Positions 1 through 10,177 are shown, numbered from the stretch's first letter. The stretch is 64,000 nt of DNA from Chthoniobacterales bacterium (GCA_038207335.1 JBBQZX010000011.1:87514-151513), one strand, 5' to 3'. Notes: generated from the sequence alone by a model not told the origin. Translations and numbers: made by a program.

Positions 1-511
1 CAACTCCGGCCTCATTTCCAAGGTTTACTTCCCGCGCATGGTGGTGCCGGCCAGCAGCGTCATCACCAGCTTCGTCGATTTCCTGATCTCGGCCGTCTTT
101 CTCGTCGCGTTGATGATCTGGTTTCGCTTTTGCCCACCCGCCAACATTGTGTTTTTACCATTGTTCGTGCTGCTGGCTTTCGCCGCATCCTTCGGCGTGG
201 GCTTGTGGATCGCCGCCTTGATGGTGGAATACCGCGACTTCCGCTTCATCGTTCCATTCATTGTTCAATTCGGTCTCTACATCTCGCCGGTGGGCTTCCT
301 CAGCAGCGTGGTGTCGGATAAATACCGGCTCCTCTACTCCCTGAATCCCATTGTCGGCGTGATCGACGGGTTCCGCTGGTGCCTTATGGGAGGAGAACAT
401 CTCATCTACTGGCCTGGCTTGGCCGTCTCGGTCGTTGGTGTGATCATTCTACTGGCGACCGGGATCGTCTACTTCCGGAAAACGGAGCGTACGTTTGCTG
501 ATGTCATCTAA
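1..511 (+). CDS. wzm: ABC-2 polysaccharide export permease (5' truncated by window)
   Basis: Multi-TM ORF with KVYFPR, YRDFRFIVPFIVQ, LNPIVGVIDGFR and FRKTERTFADVI motifs; directly upstream of wzt. Confidence 0.93.
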   Translation, partial: NSGLISKVYFPRMVVPASSVITSFVDFLISAVFLVALMIWFRFCPPANIVFLPLFVLLAFAASFGVGLWIAALMVEYRDFRFIVPFIVQFGLYISPVGFLSSVVSDKYRLLYSLNPIVGVIDGFRWCLMGGEHLIYWPGLAVSVVGVIILLATGIVYFRKTERTFADVI

Positions 512-514
512 TCC

Positions 515-1798
515 ATGAGCGATACGGTCATCAAGGTCGAGAACCTCAGCAAGCGGTACGTCATCGGGCAGCAACGCTCCAAGGATGACGGGTTCAGGCA
601 TATTATCGAGGACGCGGTGCGGGCGCCGCTTAAGTGGCTTAGCTCGCGGAAGAAACAGGAGCGAGAGGAATTCTGGGCGCTCAACGATGTCTCCTTCGAG
701 GTGAAGCAAGGCGAAGTCCTCGGGATCATCGGCCGCAACGGAGCCGGCAAAAGTACTCTGCTCAAGATCCTTAGCCGGATCACGGAACCAACCTCCGGCC
801 GTATCGAAATCGACGGTCGGGTGGCCAGTCTTCTCGAGGTGGGCACCGGATTTCATCCGGAGCTCACCGGTCGAGAGAACATCTTTCTCAACGGTGCTAT
901 CCTTGGAATGAGCCGCGCCGAGGTAAAACGCAAGTTCGACGAAATCGTGGCGTTCTCAGAGGTTGAGAAGTTCCTAGACACTCCGGTGAAACGCTATAGC
1001 AGTGGCATGTATGTGCGCCTTGCATTTTCCGTGGCCGCTCACTTGGAACCAGAGATTCTAATTGTGGATGAAGTTTTGGCTGTCGGTGATGCCCAATTTC
1101 AAAAGAAGTGCATAGGGAAGATGAATGAGATCTCAAAAAACGAAGGTAGGACCGTCCTTTTTGTCAGTCACAATATGGGCGCGATCGCAAACATCTGCTC
1201 CAGCGGCTTACTTCTACAGCATGGAAAGCGGATCCACAACGGTTCAGTCGGCCAGACAGTTGATGCGTATTTATCTTCGGGAACTGCGGCTAGCGGAGAA
1301 AAAAGGTGGCGCAATGAGGATTGTCCCGCAACATCATGCGTTAGGATACTATCCGTTCGAGTTATCGGTGACGGAGAGACTCGGTCGATAGTAAGTATTG
1401 ACCGCCCGATTCACTTCGAGGTGGATTTCGAGACATTGCTGGAGGGTTTGAGTTTATATGTCAGCATCCACATCGTGCACCTGTCGGGGGGCGATGTGCT
1501 CTCGACCGCCAACTTTCCGTCTGCGTCACTTGAAACGGATGCATGGTCTACGAAGAGTTTCCCACGAGGACGATTTCGCTCCAGATGTACCTTGCCCGCC
1601 AACTTGTTAAACGATGGGGCCTTTTTGATTAATGTGGCGATCATGCGATCTACTCGAGAAACGGAAATATTCGTTCGTGAAGTAATCCAATTCACCGCGC
1701 AAGATACGGGTGGAATGCGGAGGGAATACACCGGGCATTGGATTGGAGTAGTCCGACCCCGCCTAGGGTGGAAAACAGAATCGTTCGCGGCCGCATGA
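515..1798 (+). CDS. wzt: Polysaccharide ABC transporter ATPase with C-terminal Wzt_C-like domain
   Basis: Walker A GRNGAGKST, signature YSSGMYVRLAF, Walker B ILIVDEVLAVGD, H-loop VSH; about 170-aa beta-rich C-terminal extension. Confidence 0.95.
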   Translation: MSDTVIKVENLSKRYVIGQQRSKDDGFRHIIEDAVRAPLKWLSSRKKQEREEFWALNDVSFEVKQGEVLGIIGRNGAGKSTLLKILSRITEPTSGRIEIDGRVASLLEVGTGFHPELTGRENIFLNGAILGMSRAEVKRKFDEIVAFSEVEKFLDTPVKRYSSGMYVRLAFSVAAHLEPEILIVDEVLAVGDAQFQKKCIGKMNEISKNEGRTVLFVSHNMGAIANICSSGLLLQHGKRIHNGSVGQTVDAYLSSGTAASGEKRWRNEDCPATSCVRILSVRVIGDGETRSIVSIDRPIHFEVDFETLLEGLSLYVSIHIVHLSGGDVLSTANFPSASLETDAWSTKSFPRGRFRSRCTLPANLLNDGAFLINVAIMRSTRETEIFVREVIQFTAQDTGGMRREYTGHWIGVVRPRLGWKTESFAAA

Positions 1799-2616
1799 CA
1801 AACTTTCAAAAGCTGTCTCAAAAAGTGGAATGGCGGGTCCGCTCCATCCTCGATTCCCAAACGAGAGACTTCGGAGAGCTATCCTACCGAATCAATCGCT
1901 TGCCAATGCGGACGCTACCTGGCGCTACTTTTCGCTTTCCTTGGGGAAAGGTTGAATATGTCTCCAGCAGTGATCTCCGAGGTCAATTTTCGGAGATTTT
2001 TGTTGACCGACACTACGCCTTTCGTTCGTCAGTCACCGAGCCTGTCGTGATCGACGCGGGAGGGAATATTGGGCTGAGCGCGATTTGGTTCCGCCAAGAG
2101 TATCCGATGTCCAAGTTGACGGTCTACGAAGCCGATCCGACCCTAGCCTCCCTTTTGGGGCGGAATTTGGCGGCGGCAGGAATTTCCGATGTGAACGTTC
2201 AAAATGCCGCCGTCTGGACACACGACGGGTTTGTGGCGTTCGACAATGTGGGTCAAGATAAAGGTGCGGTTAGTGCGACCGGGACACTGCAAGTTCGATC
2301 AATAGACTTGGCGCGGCAGTTGCCTGAGCGGGTGGATCTTTTGAAACTCGACGTCGAAGGTGCCGAGTATGCCATTATTGACAAGCTCTACAGCACAGGT
2401 GCCATCAAATCGGTTCAAAACTTGGTAGCCGAGTTTCACGTAAGGCGCGATAGCATCGACAGTGTTATCACTGCGTTGAGCCAACTGCGGGACTCTGGTA
2501 TGCAAGTGACGATGAGTTCCGCACTAGGGCCATGGCTCGGAGCTGCAGGTGCCGTGTCTCCTTTTGAGATTGTAGGAACGGACCAGTCACTCATGGAGGT
2601 TTACGCTTGGCGCTGA
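1795..2616 (+). CDS. FkbM-family SAM-dependent methyltransferase
   Basis: VIDAGGNIG and LLKLDVEGAE motifs; ATG at 1795 overlaps the wzt stop (ATGA). Confidence 0.9.
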   Translation: MTNFQKLSQKVEWRVRSILDSQTRDFGELSYRINRLPMRTLPGATFRFPWGKVEYVSSSDLRGQFSEIFVDRHYAFRSSVTEPVVIDAGGNIGLSAIWFRQEYPMSKLTVYEADPTLASLLGRNLAAAGISDVNVQNAAVWTHDGFVAFDNVGQDKGAVSATGTLQVRSIDLARQLPERVDLLKLDVEGAEYAIIDKLYSTGAIKSVQNLVAEFHVRRDSIDSVITALSQLRDSGMQVTMSSALGPWLGAAGAVSPFEIVGTDQSLMEVYAWR

Positions 2617-2618
2617 CG

Positions 2619-3761
2619 GTGAGGGGGGGGGGCGTTGGGGGGTTGCGCATTGCTATCGTAAATGAGCGCTGGACCGCCGGAGCAACGCGCTGTGCACGAG
2701 ACCTTCAACGAGCGCTCGAGAAACGGCACACGGTACTGTATTACCCCGAACAGGGGACTGCGGCGACCCAAGATCCGCTTGCCGCGCTGAAGGAGTTTCG
2801 GCCAGATGTCGTCCATTTGCATTCCTTCTATGGTGACCTGCCCTATCCATTCCTGGCCAGTGTGGCCATGCAGTATCCAACGGTATTTACCCTCCACGAT
2901 CCACGTCCGATCGGCGACATCATGCTCTCATGTTGGAGCTGCGAGGAATACCGAACCTGTTTCAAATGTCCGCTGGTCGGCCGATTGAAGCGCTACACAG
3001 TGTTGCGGCACGAATATTACCTGCGGCGACTACAGAAGAGACGAGTTCACTCCCGCCTGCCCGATAACACCACGATAGTTTGCGTGAGCGACTGGATGCG
3101 GCGACGGGTGATGAAGACAGAGTTGGCACGTTTGCGCGTGGAGCAGATCCACAATGGCATTGATCTCAACCTTTTCCGGCGCGACGCGAGCGCAAGAGCG
3201 ACCTTGCGGCTTCCGACCGACGCGAAAATACTGGCGTTCGTCGCTCATCATAGCGGGTGGACGGTCGACGAGAGGAAAGGGGGGCACATTTTGGCCCGAG
3301 CCCTGGCTGAAATCGTCATCCCCCGTTTCCCCGACCTGATCGTCCTTGCTGTCGGTGGCGGGATGATACCGAACTTGCCCAACGTCCGGCCGATCGGGTA
3401 TGTGAGTCCGGAAAACGTGACCCGCTACTACTCTGCGGCCGACGTATTCGTGGCGCCTTCCCTGGCCGACAATTTGCCCTACACCGTTCTGGAGGCAATG
3501 GGGTGTGAAGTGCCGGTGGTGGCCTCGCGGGTGGGAGGCATCCCGGAAGAAGTCGAAGACAACCAGACCGGACGGCTCTTCGCGACGGGGTCCTGGCAGG
3601 AACTGGGGGCCGCGTTGATTAGCATGCTGGCGAATCCGGAAAAAGCGGCCGCGATGGGGCAGGCCGGACGCAAACGGGCGGAAGACCTTTTCGAACGCTC
3701 CTCCTTTGTCGGCAAATACGAAAGTCTTTTTGCGTCGCTCACCACCCGCGCGACTTCATGA
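2619..3761 (+). CDS. GT4-family glycosyltransferase (start GTG 2619 or TTG 2643)
   Basis: PDVVHLHS, IHNGID, ADVFVAPSLADNLPYTVLEAM, GGIPE. Confidence 0.9.
   Translation: MRGGGVGGLRIAIVNERWTAGATRCARDLQRALEKRHTVLYYPEQGTAATQDPLAALKEFRPDVVHLHSFYGDLPYPFLASVAMQYPTVFTLHDPRPIGDIMLSCWSCEEYRTCFKCPLVGRLKRYTVLRHEYYLRRLQKRRVHSRLPDNTTIVCVSDWMRRRVMKTELARLRVEQIHNGIDLNLFRRDASARATLRLPTDAKILAFVAHHSGWTVDERKGGHILARALAEIVIPRFPDLIVLAVGGGMIPNLPNVRPIGYVSPENVTRYYSAADVFVAPSLADNLPYTVLEAMGCEVPVVASRVGGIPEEVEDNQTGRLFATGSWQELGAALISMLANPEKAAAMGQAGRKRAEDLFERSSFVGKYESLFASLTTRATS
2623..2642 (+). repeat. Homopolymer G10 (2623-2632) followed by G6 (2637-2642)
   Basis: Sequence GAGGGGGGGGGGCGTTGGGGGG at the 5' end of the GT4 gene. 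Confidence 0.9.
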
Positions 3762-4990
3762 CCGTTGCTGAAAGCGACATCAAAAGAGCCACCGACGTGT
3801 CCAGTTATTCTCCGAACCCGGTTGGCGAAATCGACGGAACGATTTCCTCCGTCGGGCGACTCGAAACGAACCAACACAAAAACAGCGACCAACGGAAGAC
3901 CGAACGGTTTTATCTGCCCGAATTGGATACTCTCCGGTTCTTTGCATTCCTGGCGGTTTTTCTTGTCCACAGCCTGTCCGATCCCCCATCTCGCTACGTC
4001 CAACTTGGGATTCCTGAACCGCTGGTGAGCCTAATCATCAGCGTCCTTGGCGCTGGGATGTTTGGGGTGGACCTTTTTTTCCTCCTATCAAGCTTCTTGA
4101 TTACCTCCCTGCTGCTTCGTGAGTACAGCAGCACGGGAAAAATTGATATCAAGGGATTCTGGATTCGCCGTTGCCTGCGAATTTGGCCGTTGTATTTCTT
4201 TTTTGTCGGGCTCGCGGGGTTTTTGCTTCCCCGCATCTTCCATTTTGTGGCGCCGCCGGAGGGCAGCCACATCCTCGGTCTGCTGACCTTCACGCAGAAC
4301 TGGGCGATTGCGTTTTCTGGCGCTGGCCGGGGCAGCCCCACCTTGGTTCTTTGGAGCGTCTCGATGGAGGAGCAGTTCTACTTTGCCTGGCCCATTCTGA
4401 TCGCCTTGATGGGGATCAGCAGGCTTCGTCCGATCGCTATCGGGATGATCGTTGTTTCCTTCGTTGCGCGGATCCTCGCGATTCACGCCGGAGCGAGTGT
4501 GTCTATGCTGTGGTGTGCAACTCCATTTCGCATGGAGCCCCTTGCCGCAGGAGCCATCATTGCGTTAGCTCAAAACCAATTTCCCGCCTTCAGCAACAAG
4601 CTCCGCGTGGGGATGTTGTCGTTGGGATTGGCTATACCGGTGGTCTGCCTTTCATCTCTGGATCATTTCCCGTGGGGAAAGGCGGCGATATTTCCACTCG
4701 TTACTGTCGGGTGTACGCTGATCTTCCTCTCCATCCGTGGAGCGAACTGGCGGTTGCTCACGCTTAGGCCGCTGGTCTATCTCGGTAAGATCTCTTACGG
4801 TCTATATGTATTTCACCAACTTGCGATCCAGTTTTCCCCCCGCTTGGCCATCCCCGGATTGCCCTTCGGTCGGTCGGTTTCGGCGCTTTTGCTGACTGTT
4901 GCACTCGCAACACTGAGCTACCGGTTTCTCGAACTGCCCTTCCTCCGGTTGAAGGACCGCTTCGCGCACATTCGTTCACGCCCTGCGTGA
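3758..4990 (+). CDS. Acyltransferase-3 (OafA-like) O-acyltransferase
   Basis: LDTLRFFA, GVDLFFLLS, RRCLRIWPLY, WSVSMEEQFY, GKISYGLYVFH, SYRFLELP. Confidence 0.93.
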   Translation: MTVAESDIKRATDVSSYSPNPVGEIDGTISSVGRLETNQHKNSDQRKTERFYLPELDTLRFFAFLAVFLVHSLSDPPSRYVQLGIPEPLVSLIISVLGAGMFGVDLFFLLSSFLITSLLLREYSSTGKIDIKGFWIRRCLRIWPLYFFFVGLAGFLLPRIFHFVAPPEGSHILGLLTFTQNWAIAFSGAGRGSPTLVLWSVSMEEQFYFAWPILIALMGISRLRPIAIGMIVVSFVARILAIHAGASVSMLWCATPFRMEPLAAGAIIALAQNQFPAFSNKLRVGMLSLGLAIPVVCLSSLDHFPWGKAAIFPLVTVGCTLIFLSIRGANWRLLTLRPLVYLGKISYGLYVFHQLAIQFSPRLAIPGLPFGRSVSALLLTVALATLSYRFLELPFLRLKDRFAHIRSRPA

Positions 4991-5165
4991 CACTCAGATT
5001 TTGGTCTGCATGCCCTTCCATCAGCATCACTATCGCCACTTCGCGCCGTCCGGTGGTATTGAGAAAACGCTCAGCCCTAGTCCGTAACCATCTTTCAAAT
5101 TCCCTCCGTCCTCCTCGTCCTTCTTTGCAGCTCGTTCGCTTTGTTTCGAAGTTTCCTATGTCTTA

Positions 5166-6371
5166 ATGAGCAGCTCTAGCTATTGGATGAAGGCATGTCG
5201 CAAAGTCGCCTTTTTTCGGACGAATCACCATTTTCGCATCTTGCTCCGAGATTGCTTCGGTCTGACCGAGTCGATCAAAAGCGATCTTGAGCATCTGAAG
5301 GCCGCGATCGGTTGGATCATGCTCGCGCAGGAGAATTCCGGATCGAAGGGGGTCGCTCTCGCCTACACCCTGGAGCGCGGCTGGCTTCCGGCTTACCCGG
5401 AGACCACGGGGTATATCATCAATACCCTGATCCAGTATCATAAGCTCACAAACGACGCGTCATCACTTCGAGCGGCGACCGAAATGGGTGACTGGGAAGT
5501 TGCCATTCAACGGCCCGATGGCGGCGTGCGAATTCGGGTTCATAATGACGACTCCGCGGATGTCTTCGACACCGGCATGGTTCTCCTAGGCCTGACGGGG
5601 CTTTATCAGGAAACGCGCAACGAGAAATTTTTGGTTGCGTGCCGGCAAGCGGCCAACTGGCTGGTTGCTCATCAGGATGGTGATGGAAAGTGGAGCCGAG
5701 ATTCCTACAAGGGAATTCCTCACGCTTATCATTCCAAGGTCTCGTGGGCTCTCCTTGAGATGCACGCTATTACCAGCGATGTCAAATATTCTGAAGCCGT
5801 CAGAAATAATCTGGAGTGGATTTTCTCGGTGCGGCGACCCAACGGGTGGTTTGACTACATGGGATTTGAAAAAAACGACAATCCCTTCACCCACACCATC
5901 GCATACACATTGCAGGGTTTTTGGGGTATCTATAAACTACTGGATGGAGGAAATCCGTGGAAACAGAAACTATATGACGAAATTATCGAATTCAGTGATC
6001 GGATAATTAGTCGGTTTGCCCTGAACGACAAGAGCGACCGTATGCGAATTTTACCCGGACAGCTGGACAGCAGTTGGGAGGGAGCCGCAGACTATGTGTG
6101 CTTAACGGGAAACGCGCAATTTAGCATCGTTTGGTTCGAACTCTACCTCCAGACCCGGAAGAGCAGTTATTATGAGGCCGCCAACAACCTGTTGAATGTC
6201 GTCAAAAGGAGCCATAGGCTAACTGGACCAAATGTCCCCTATCGGAACGGAATCGCCGGTTCCTATCCCATCTGGGGCCGGTATCATCCCACGCAATACC
6301 CCAACTGGTCGGCAAAGTTCTTTGCCGACGCACTGTTGCGGAAAATCCAAGCCGACACAGCCGAAGCTTAA
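5166..6371 (+). CDS. (alpha/alpha)-barrel, prenyltransferase/squalene-cyclase-repeat-like protein of glycan loci; function unknown
   Basis: YPETTGYI, WEVAIQRPDGG, WLVAHQDGDGKW repeat-like motifs, CLTGNAQ, YPNWSAKFFADA. Confidence 0.7.
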   Translation: MSSSSYWMKACRKVAFFRTNHHFRILLRDCFGLTESIKSDLEHLKAAIGWIMLAQENSGSKGVALAYTLERGWLPAYPETTGYIINTLIQYHKLTNDASSLRAATEMGDWEVAIQRPDGGVRIRVHNDDSADVFDTGMVLLGLTGLYQETRNEKFLVACRQAANWLVAHQDGDGKWSRDSYKGIPHAYHSKVSWALLEMHAITSDVKYSEAVRNNLEWIFSVRRPNGWFDYMGFEKNDNPFTHTIAYTLQGFWGIYKLLDGGNPWKQKLYDEIIEFSDRIISRFALNDKSDRMRILPGQLDSSWEGAADYVCLTGNAQFSIVWFELYLQTRKSSYYEAANNLLNVVKRSHRLTGPNVPYRNGIAGSYPIWGRYHPTQYPNWSAKFFADALLRKIQADTAEA

Positions 6372-6594
6372 CGCCGTTCTTTCCCAGTCCGAGGAAAGGG
6401 ACTGAATGTTTTTCCAATGGGCAGAGCGCTCTGGCGCGAAGTTTCGTTTTCGAGCGAATCGAGCCAATCCACCCATAGTTGATTATGAATCGAACATCCG
6501 GTCTATCCTGACGGTTGCGCTGCCTCTTTTCATTTGCGTGTCGGCTGAAGTGGTCGCCTCCGAAACCTGCGATTAATTTTTCGCTCACCCTTCT

Positions 6595-7563
6595 GTGCCT
6601 AGCATCAGTATCATCATTGCGACGTGCTCGCGGTCGGCGGATCTCGAACAAACGCTTCGTTCGCTCGCCGCTGTCCAAATCCCGGACGGCTGGCACGTCG
6701 AACTGGTGCTGGTGGAAAGTGGATGTCAATCTGGGGCTGAATCGGTGTTGCAATCTTTTCGGCCCGCGCGTTTCCAGAAAAGCACATACTTTTTTGAACA
6801 TTTGCGAGGTAAGTCGAGGGCTCTAAACCGCGCCTTGGCGCACGCAGGGGGCGAAATCCTTCTCTTTTCAGATGACGATGTTCGGTTCCCAAGCAACTGG
6901 ATCGAGGCAATGTGCTCCCCGATTGCCGGTGGGGTCGCTGACGCCCTTGCCGGCGGGGTCAGGCTGGCCCCTCACCTCCTTCGACCTTGGATGAATCACA
7001 CCCACAGGGCTTGGCTTGCCTCAACGGCTGATTATCTTGCACCCGACCATCCGTCGGAAATGTGCGGTGCGAACATGGCAGTGCATCGGCATGTCTTTGA
7101 TCGAATCGGCGAATTTGACGAGGAGCTTGGACCGGGAATCACGGGTGGCGGTGAAGAATCACTGCTATCCTGGCAAATTATGGAAGCTGGGTTTACGATC
7201 ACAGGCGCACTCGACGTCCAGGTCGAGCACCACCTCGCCCCGGAGCGCCTTCAATACAAGAGTTGGATCAATGCCGCCCGCCTGAAAGGTGAGGAGGACG
7301 CCTACCACCTCCACCATTGGATTCACGGAGGCATGCGATTTCCCCGACTGATGCGTTATTACTACCAGACAAAGCTGTCTCTGCGAAGGGCGTTCGCGGG
7401 AAGGCGAAAACTGGATACTGAAGGAATCGCTCCTTGGGAATTGAGTTATCTTCGGGACTCGGCGAAGTTGGCTCGCTTCGAAGTGGAGCGTTGCCGGGAG
7501 CGAAATTACGATTTACGCGGACTCCGGAAGCACAACCCAGACCGCCAAACCGTCGCCGTATGA
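6595..7563 (+). CDS. GT2-family glycosyltransferase
   Basis: SIIIAT, GKSRALN, FSDDD (DxD), GANMAV, FDEELG, GGEE. Confidence 0.9.
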   Translation: MPSISIIIATCSRSADLEQTLRSLAAVQIPDGWHVELVLVESGCQSGAESVLQSFRPARFQKSTYFFEHLRGKSRALNRALAHAGGEILLFSDDDVRFPSNWIEAMCSPIAGGVADALAGGVRLAPHLLRPWMNHTHRAWLASTADYLAPDHPSEMCGANMAVHRHVFDRIGEFDEELGPGITGGGEESLLSWQIMEAGFTITGALDVQVEHHLAPERLQYKSWINAARLKGEEDAYHLHHWIHGGMRFPRLMRYYYQTKLSLRRAFAGRRKLDTEGIAPWELSYLRDSAKLARFEVERCRERNYDLRGLRKHNPDRQTVAV

Positions 7564-8759
7564 GCAAAGCACGACTCATCGCCTTCTATCTCCCACAGTT
7601 TCATCCGATCCCGGAGAACGACGAATGGTGGGGGAAGGGGTTCACTGAGTGGACGAATGTCACCCGGGCGAAGCCGCTCTTTCCCGGACACTACCAGCCG
7701 CGCCTGCCCGCGGATCTCGGCTTCTATGATCTCCGTATCCCGGAAGTGCGGGCTGCCCAGGCGGAACTCGCTCGCCAAGCCGGCGTCGAGGGATTTTGCT
7801 ACTGGCATTACTGGTTCGCCGGCCGGCGCGTACTGGAACGCCCGCTCGCCGAAGTCGTCTCCTCCGGTGAACCGGACTATCCGTTTTGCCTCGCTTGGGC
7901 AAACGACACTTGGAGTGGTCATTGGTATGGTGCCGGGAGAAGGACCTTGATCGAGCAGACCTATCCCGGGAAAGCGGATCACGAGCGCCACTTCCACTCG
8001 CTTCTGGAGGCCTTCCACGATCCCCGCTACATCCGCGTGCACAACCGGCCAATTTTCACGATTTTTCGGCCAAAGAGTCTGCCCAACAGTGAGGCATTCA
8101 TTGAACTTTGGCAGGATCTTGCGGCCCGGAACGGCCTGGATGGAATTCACTTTGTCGCCCACCTCTTCGATGACGAACTCGATTACCAGTGGCGAGCGGC
8201 AGGGTATGGCGGCGCGGTCATGACGAACGAACTGAAGCTCGTTCGGCGTCGTTTGTGGCACATTGCTAAAGAAAAGTTTCGTATCTCGAAAAGTGAGCCG
8301 CATCCGGCCCAGAAAGCTAGCAGAACGCTGGAGGCAGCAACTGGCACAGGGCGACTTGTCTTGCACCGGATTCTTCAGCGACTCCTCCGATGGCCGGGCG
8401 GGGTGCACTACTACCAGGACGCCATGTTATTCTTCAAGTCTGCAAAGGCGCTGGAACTTGGATGTTATCCGTCAGTAGTTCCCGGCTGGGACAATACAGC
8501 CCGGGCAGGCCGGAAAGGCATTGTGCTCCACGGATCAACGCCCGAGCTATTTGCCGAGCATCTTCACGACATCCTCGAATCCGTCGCGGACCGCCCTGCC
8601 GAAGACCGTATTGTATTCGTGAAGTCATGGAACGAATGGGCGGAAGGGAACTATCTCGAGCCAGATCAGAAGTTTGGACACGCCTACCTTGATGTCGTAA
8701 GGTCGGCGTTGGATGCCACCCCTCGCTCGGAACCCGTATTGGCGAAGGCGCTTTCTTGA
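7560..8759 (+). CDS. WbsX-like / GH99-like polysaccharide biosynthesis protein
   Basis: IAFYLPQFHPIPENDEWWGKGFTEWTNV, LGFYDLR, WDNTAR, WNEWAEGNYLEPD. Confidence 0.9.
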   Translation: MSKARLIAFYLPQFHPIPENDEWWGKGFTEWTNVTRAKPLFPGHYQPRLPADLGFYDLRIPEVRAAQAELARQAGVEGFCYWHYWFAGRRVLERPLAEVVSSGEPDYPFCLAWANDTWSGHWYGAGRRTLIEQTYPGKADHERHFHSLLEAFHDPRYIRVHNRPIFTIFRPKSLPNSEAFIELWQDLAARNGLDGIHFVAHLFDDELDYQWRAAGYGGAVMTNELKLVRRRLWHIAKEKFRISKSEPHPAQKASRTLEAATGTGRLVLHRILQRLLRWPGGVHYYQDAMLFFKSAKALELGCYPSVVPGWDNTARAGRKGIVLHGSTPELFAEHLHDILESVADRPAEDRIVFVKSWNEWAEGNYLEPDQKFGHAYLDVVRSALDATPRSEPVLAKALS

Positions 8760-8765
8760 ACCTTC

Positions 8766-9950
8766 GTGTCCGGCCACGCACCTAAGATTCTCTTTGTGTC
8801 CCACGATGCCGGTCGCACCGGGGCACCCATCGGACTGCTCGCCTTCATGCGCTGGCTCCGCGCCAATACCGACTACGGAATCGGTACGCTCCTGAGATCG
8901 CCGGGACCGCTCGAAACAGGGTTTAGCGAACTCGGTCCGACATTGACCCTCGGAACGTCGGTTCTTGCGCGCTCGCGCTTTGGGCGGCGGGTGAGACGGT
9001 TCTTACCTCGCGATCTACGCGAGGAAACGGGGAGGATTCGACGGATGTTCGCCCAAGGCTCCTACGATCTCATCTTCTCGAATACGATGACCAACGGCAC
9101 GGTGCTCGAAACCCTGGCCTCCTTTGGGGTGCCTGTGATCACCCACGTGCATGAACTCGCTTACTGGATCTGGCGGGGGGGCACAGAGAATCTCCAACGG
9201 GTTCTGGACCGCACCACAGCCTTCGTCGCGGTCTCCGAAGCCGTCCGGGAAAACCTCGTCCGCGCCCACCACGTCCGGGAAGAAAAGATCACGGTGATTT
9301 ACGAACACATTCGGGACCTGCCACCGATTCCCACGGCGACCCAGAAAGCGTCGGCCCGCAGGGCGTTCGGAATCCCCGACGGCGCCTTTGTCGTCGGAAG
9401 TTGCGGTGCCGAGCATTGGCGGAAGGGACGGGACCTGATTCCTCAACTGCTGCTTGCCCTGCGCCGCCACCGGCCCAAGAGCAATGTCCATTTTGTGTGG
9501 GTCGGTCGTTCAGGGACCGCCGAGGAGGAATACACTTTGCAGCACGATCTACGGACTGCCGGCGTTGAGGCTCTCTTCCACACGAGCGGGGAAGTGGAGA
9601 ATCCGTTTTTACTCTTTCCCGCCTTCGACGTTTTCGCCCTGCTGTCGCGCGACGACCCCTATCCACTTGCGTGCCTCGAGGTCGCGGCCACGGAAACTCC
9701 CGTTGTCTGTTTTGCGAATGCCGGTGGCATGCCGGAGTTCGCCGGTGATGGTTGTGGGTTTATCGCCCCCTATCTCGACCTTGACGCGATGGCCCGGGAT
9801 ATCGCCCGCCTGGTCGCGGACCCAGAGCTGGCGGAAGCGTGCGGGCAGCGCGCGCGCGCCAAAGTGGCCGGGGAGAATACCTTGGAGACAACCGCTCCTC
9901 GGCTACGCGCGGTCATCGAACGATTTGCTGGTGTCAACCATTCAGCCTGA
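8766..9950 (+). CDS. GT4-like glycosyltransferase
   Basis: ILFVSHDAGRTGAP, HVHE, RKGRD, DVFALLSRDDPYPLACLE. Confidence 0.88.
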   Translation: MSGHAPKILFVSHDAGRTGAPIGLLAFMRWLRANTDYGIGTLLRSPGPLETGFSELGPTLTLGTSVLARSRFGRRVRRFLPRDLREETGRIRRMFAQGSYDLIFSNTMTNGTVLETLASFGVPVITHVHELAYWIWRGGTENLQRVLDRTTAFVAVSEAVRENLVRAHHVREEKITVIYEHIRDLPPIPTATQKASARRAFGIPDGAFVVGSCGAEHWRKGRDLIPQLLLALRRHRPKSNVHFVWVGRSGTAEEEYTLQHDLRTAGVEALFHTSGEVENPFLLFPAFDVFALLSRDDPYPLACLEVAATETPVVCFANAGGMPEFAGDGCGFIAPYLDLDAMARDIARLVADPELAEACGQRARAKVAGENTLETTAPRLRAVIERFAGVNHSA

Positions 9951-10177
9951 TATTGGATTGAGAGCTTATCCGTCGGCTATGAACGAAGTAATTCCTCTTC
10001 CATCGCAGGCTAACGTGACGACGAGTCGTCACAGCATGCTTAGGAGTGGCGTGCCACGTCAGAAGGATCCCTGGCCGCCGGTCGAGCGAAAATTCAATGG
10101 TCCGCTTCCCGGTGCGGACGAAGCGTTTCGAAGGATTTATTGATCGCTCGAGATCTGACCATCGATCGTTCATCCCC

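Noticed and set aside
5166..6371. Squalene-hopene cyclase call
   Set aside because: Too short, lacks the DxDD motif, and sits in a glycan context
10140..10170. Cluster of GATC sites before wecB
   Set aside because: GATC is frequent throughout this window; no evidence of a methylation switch
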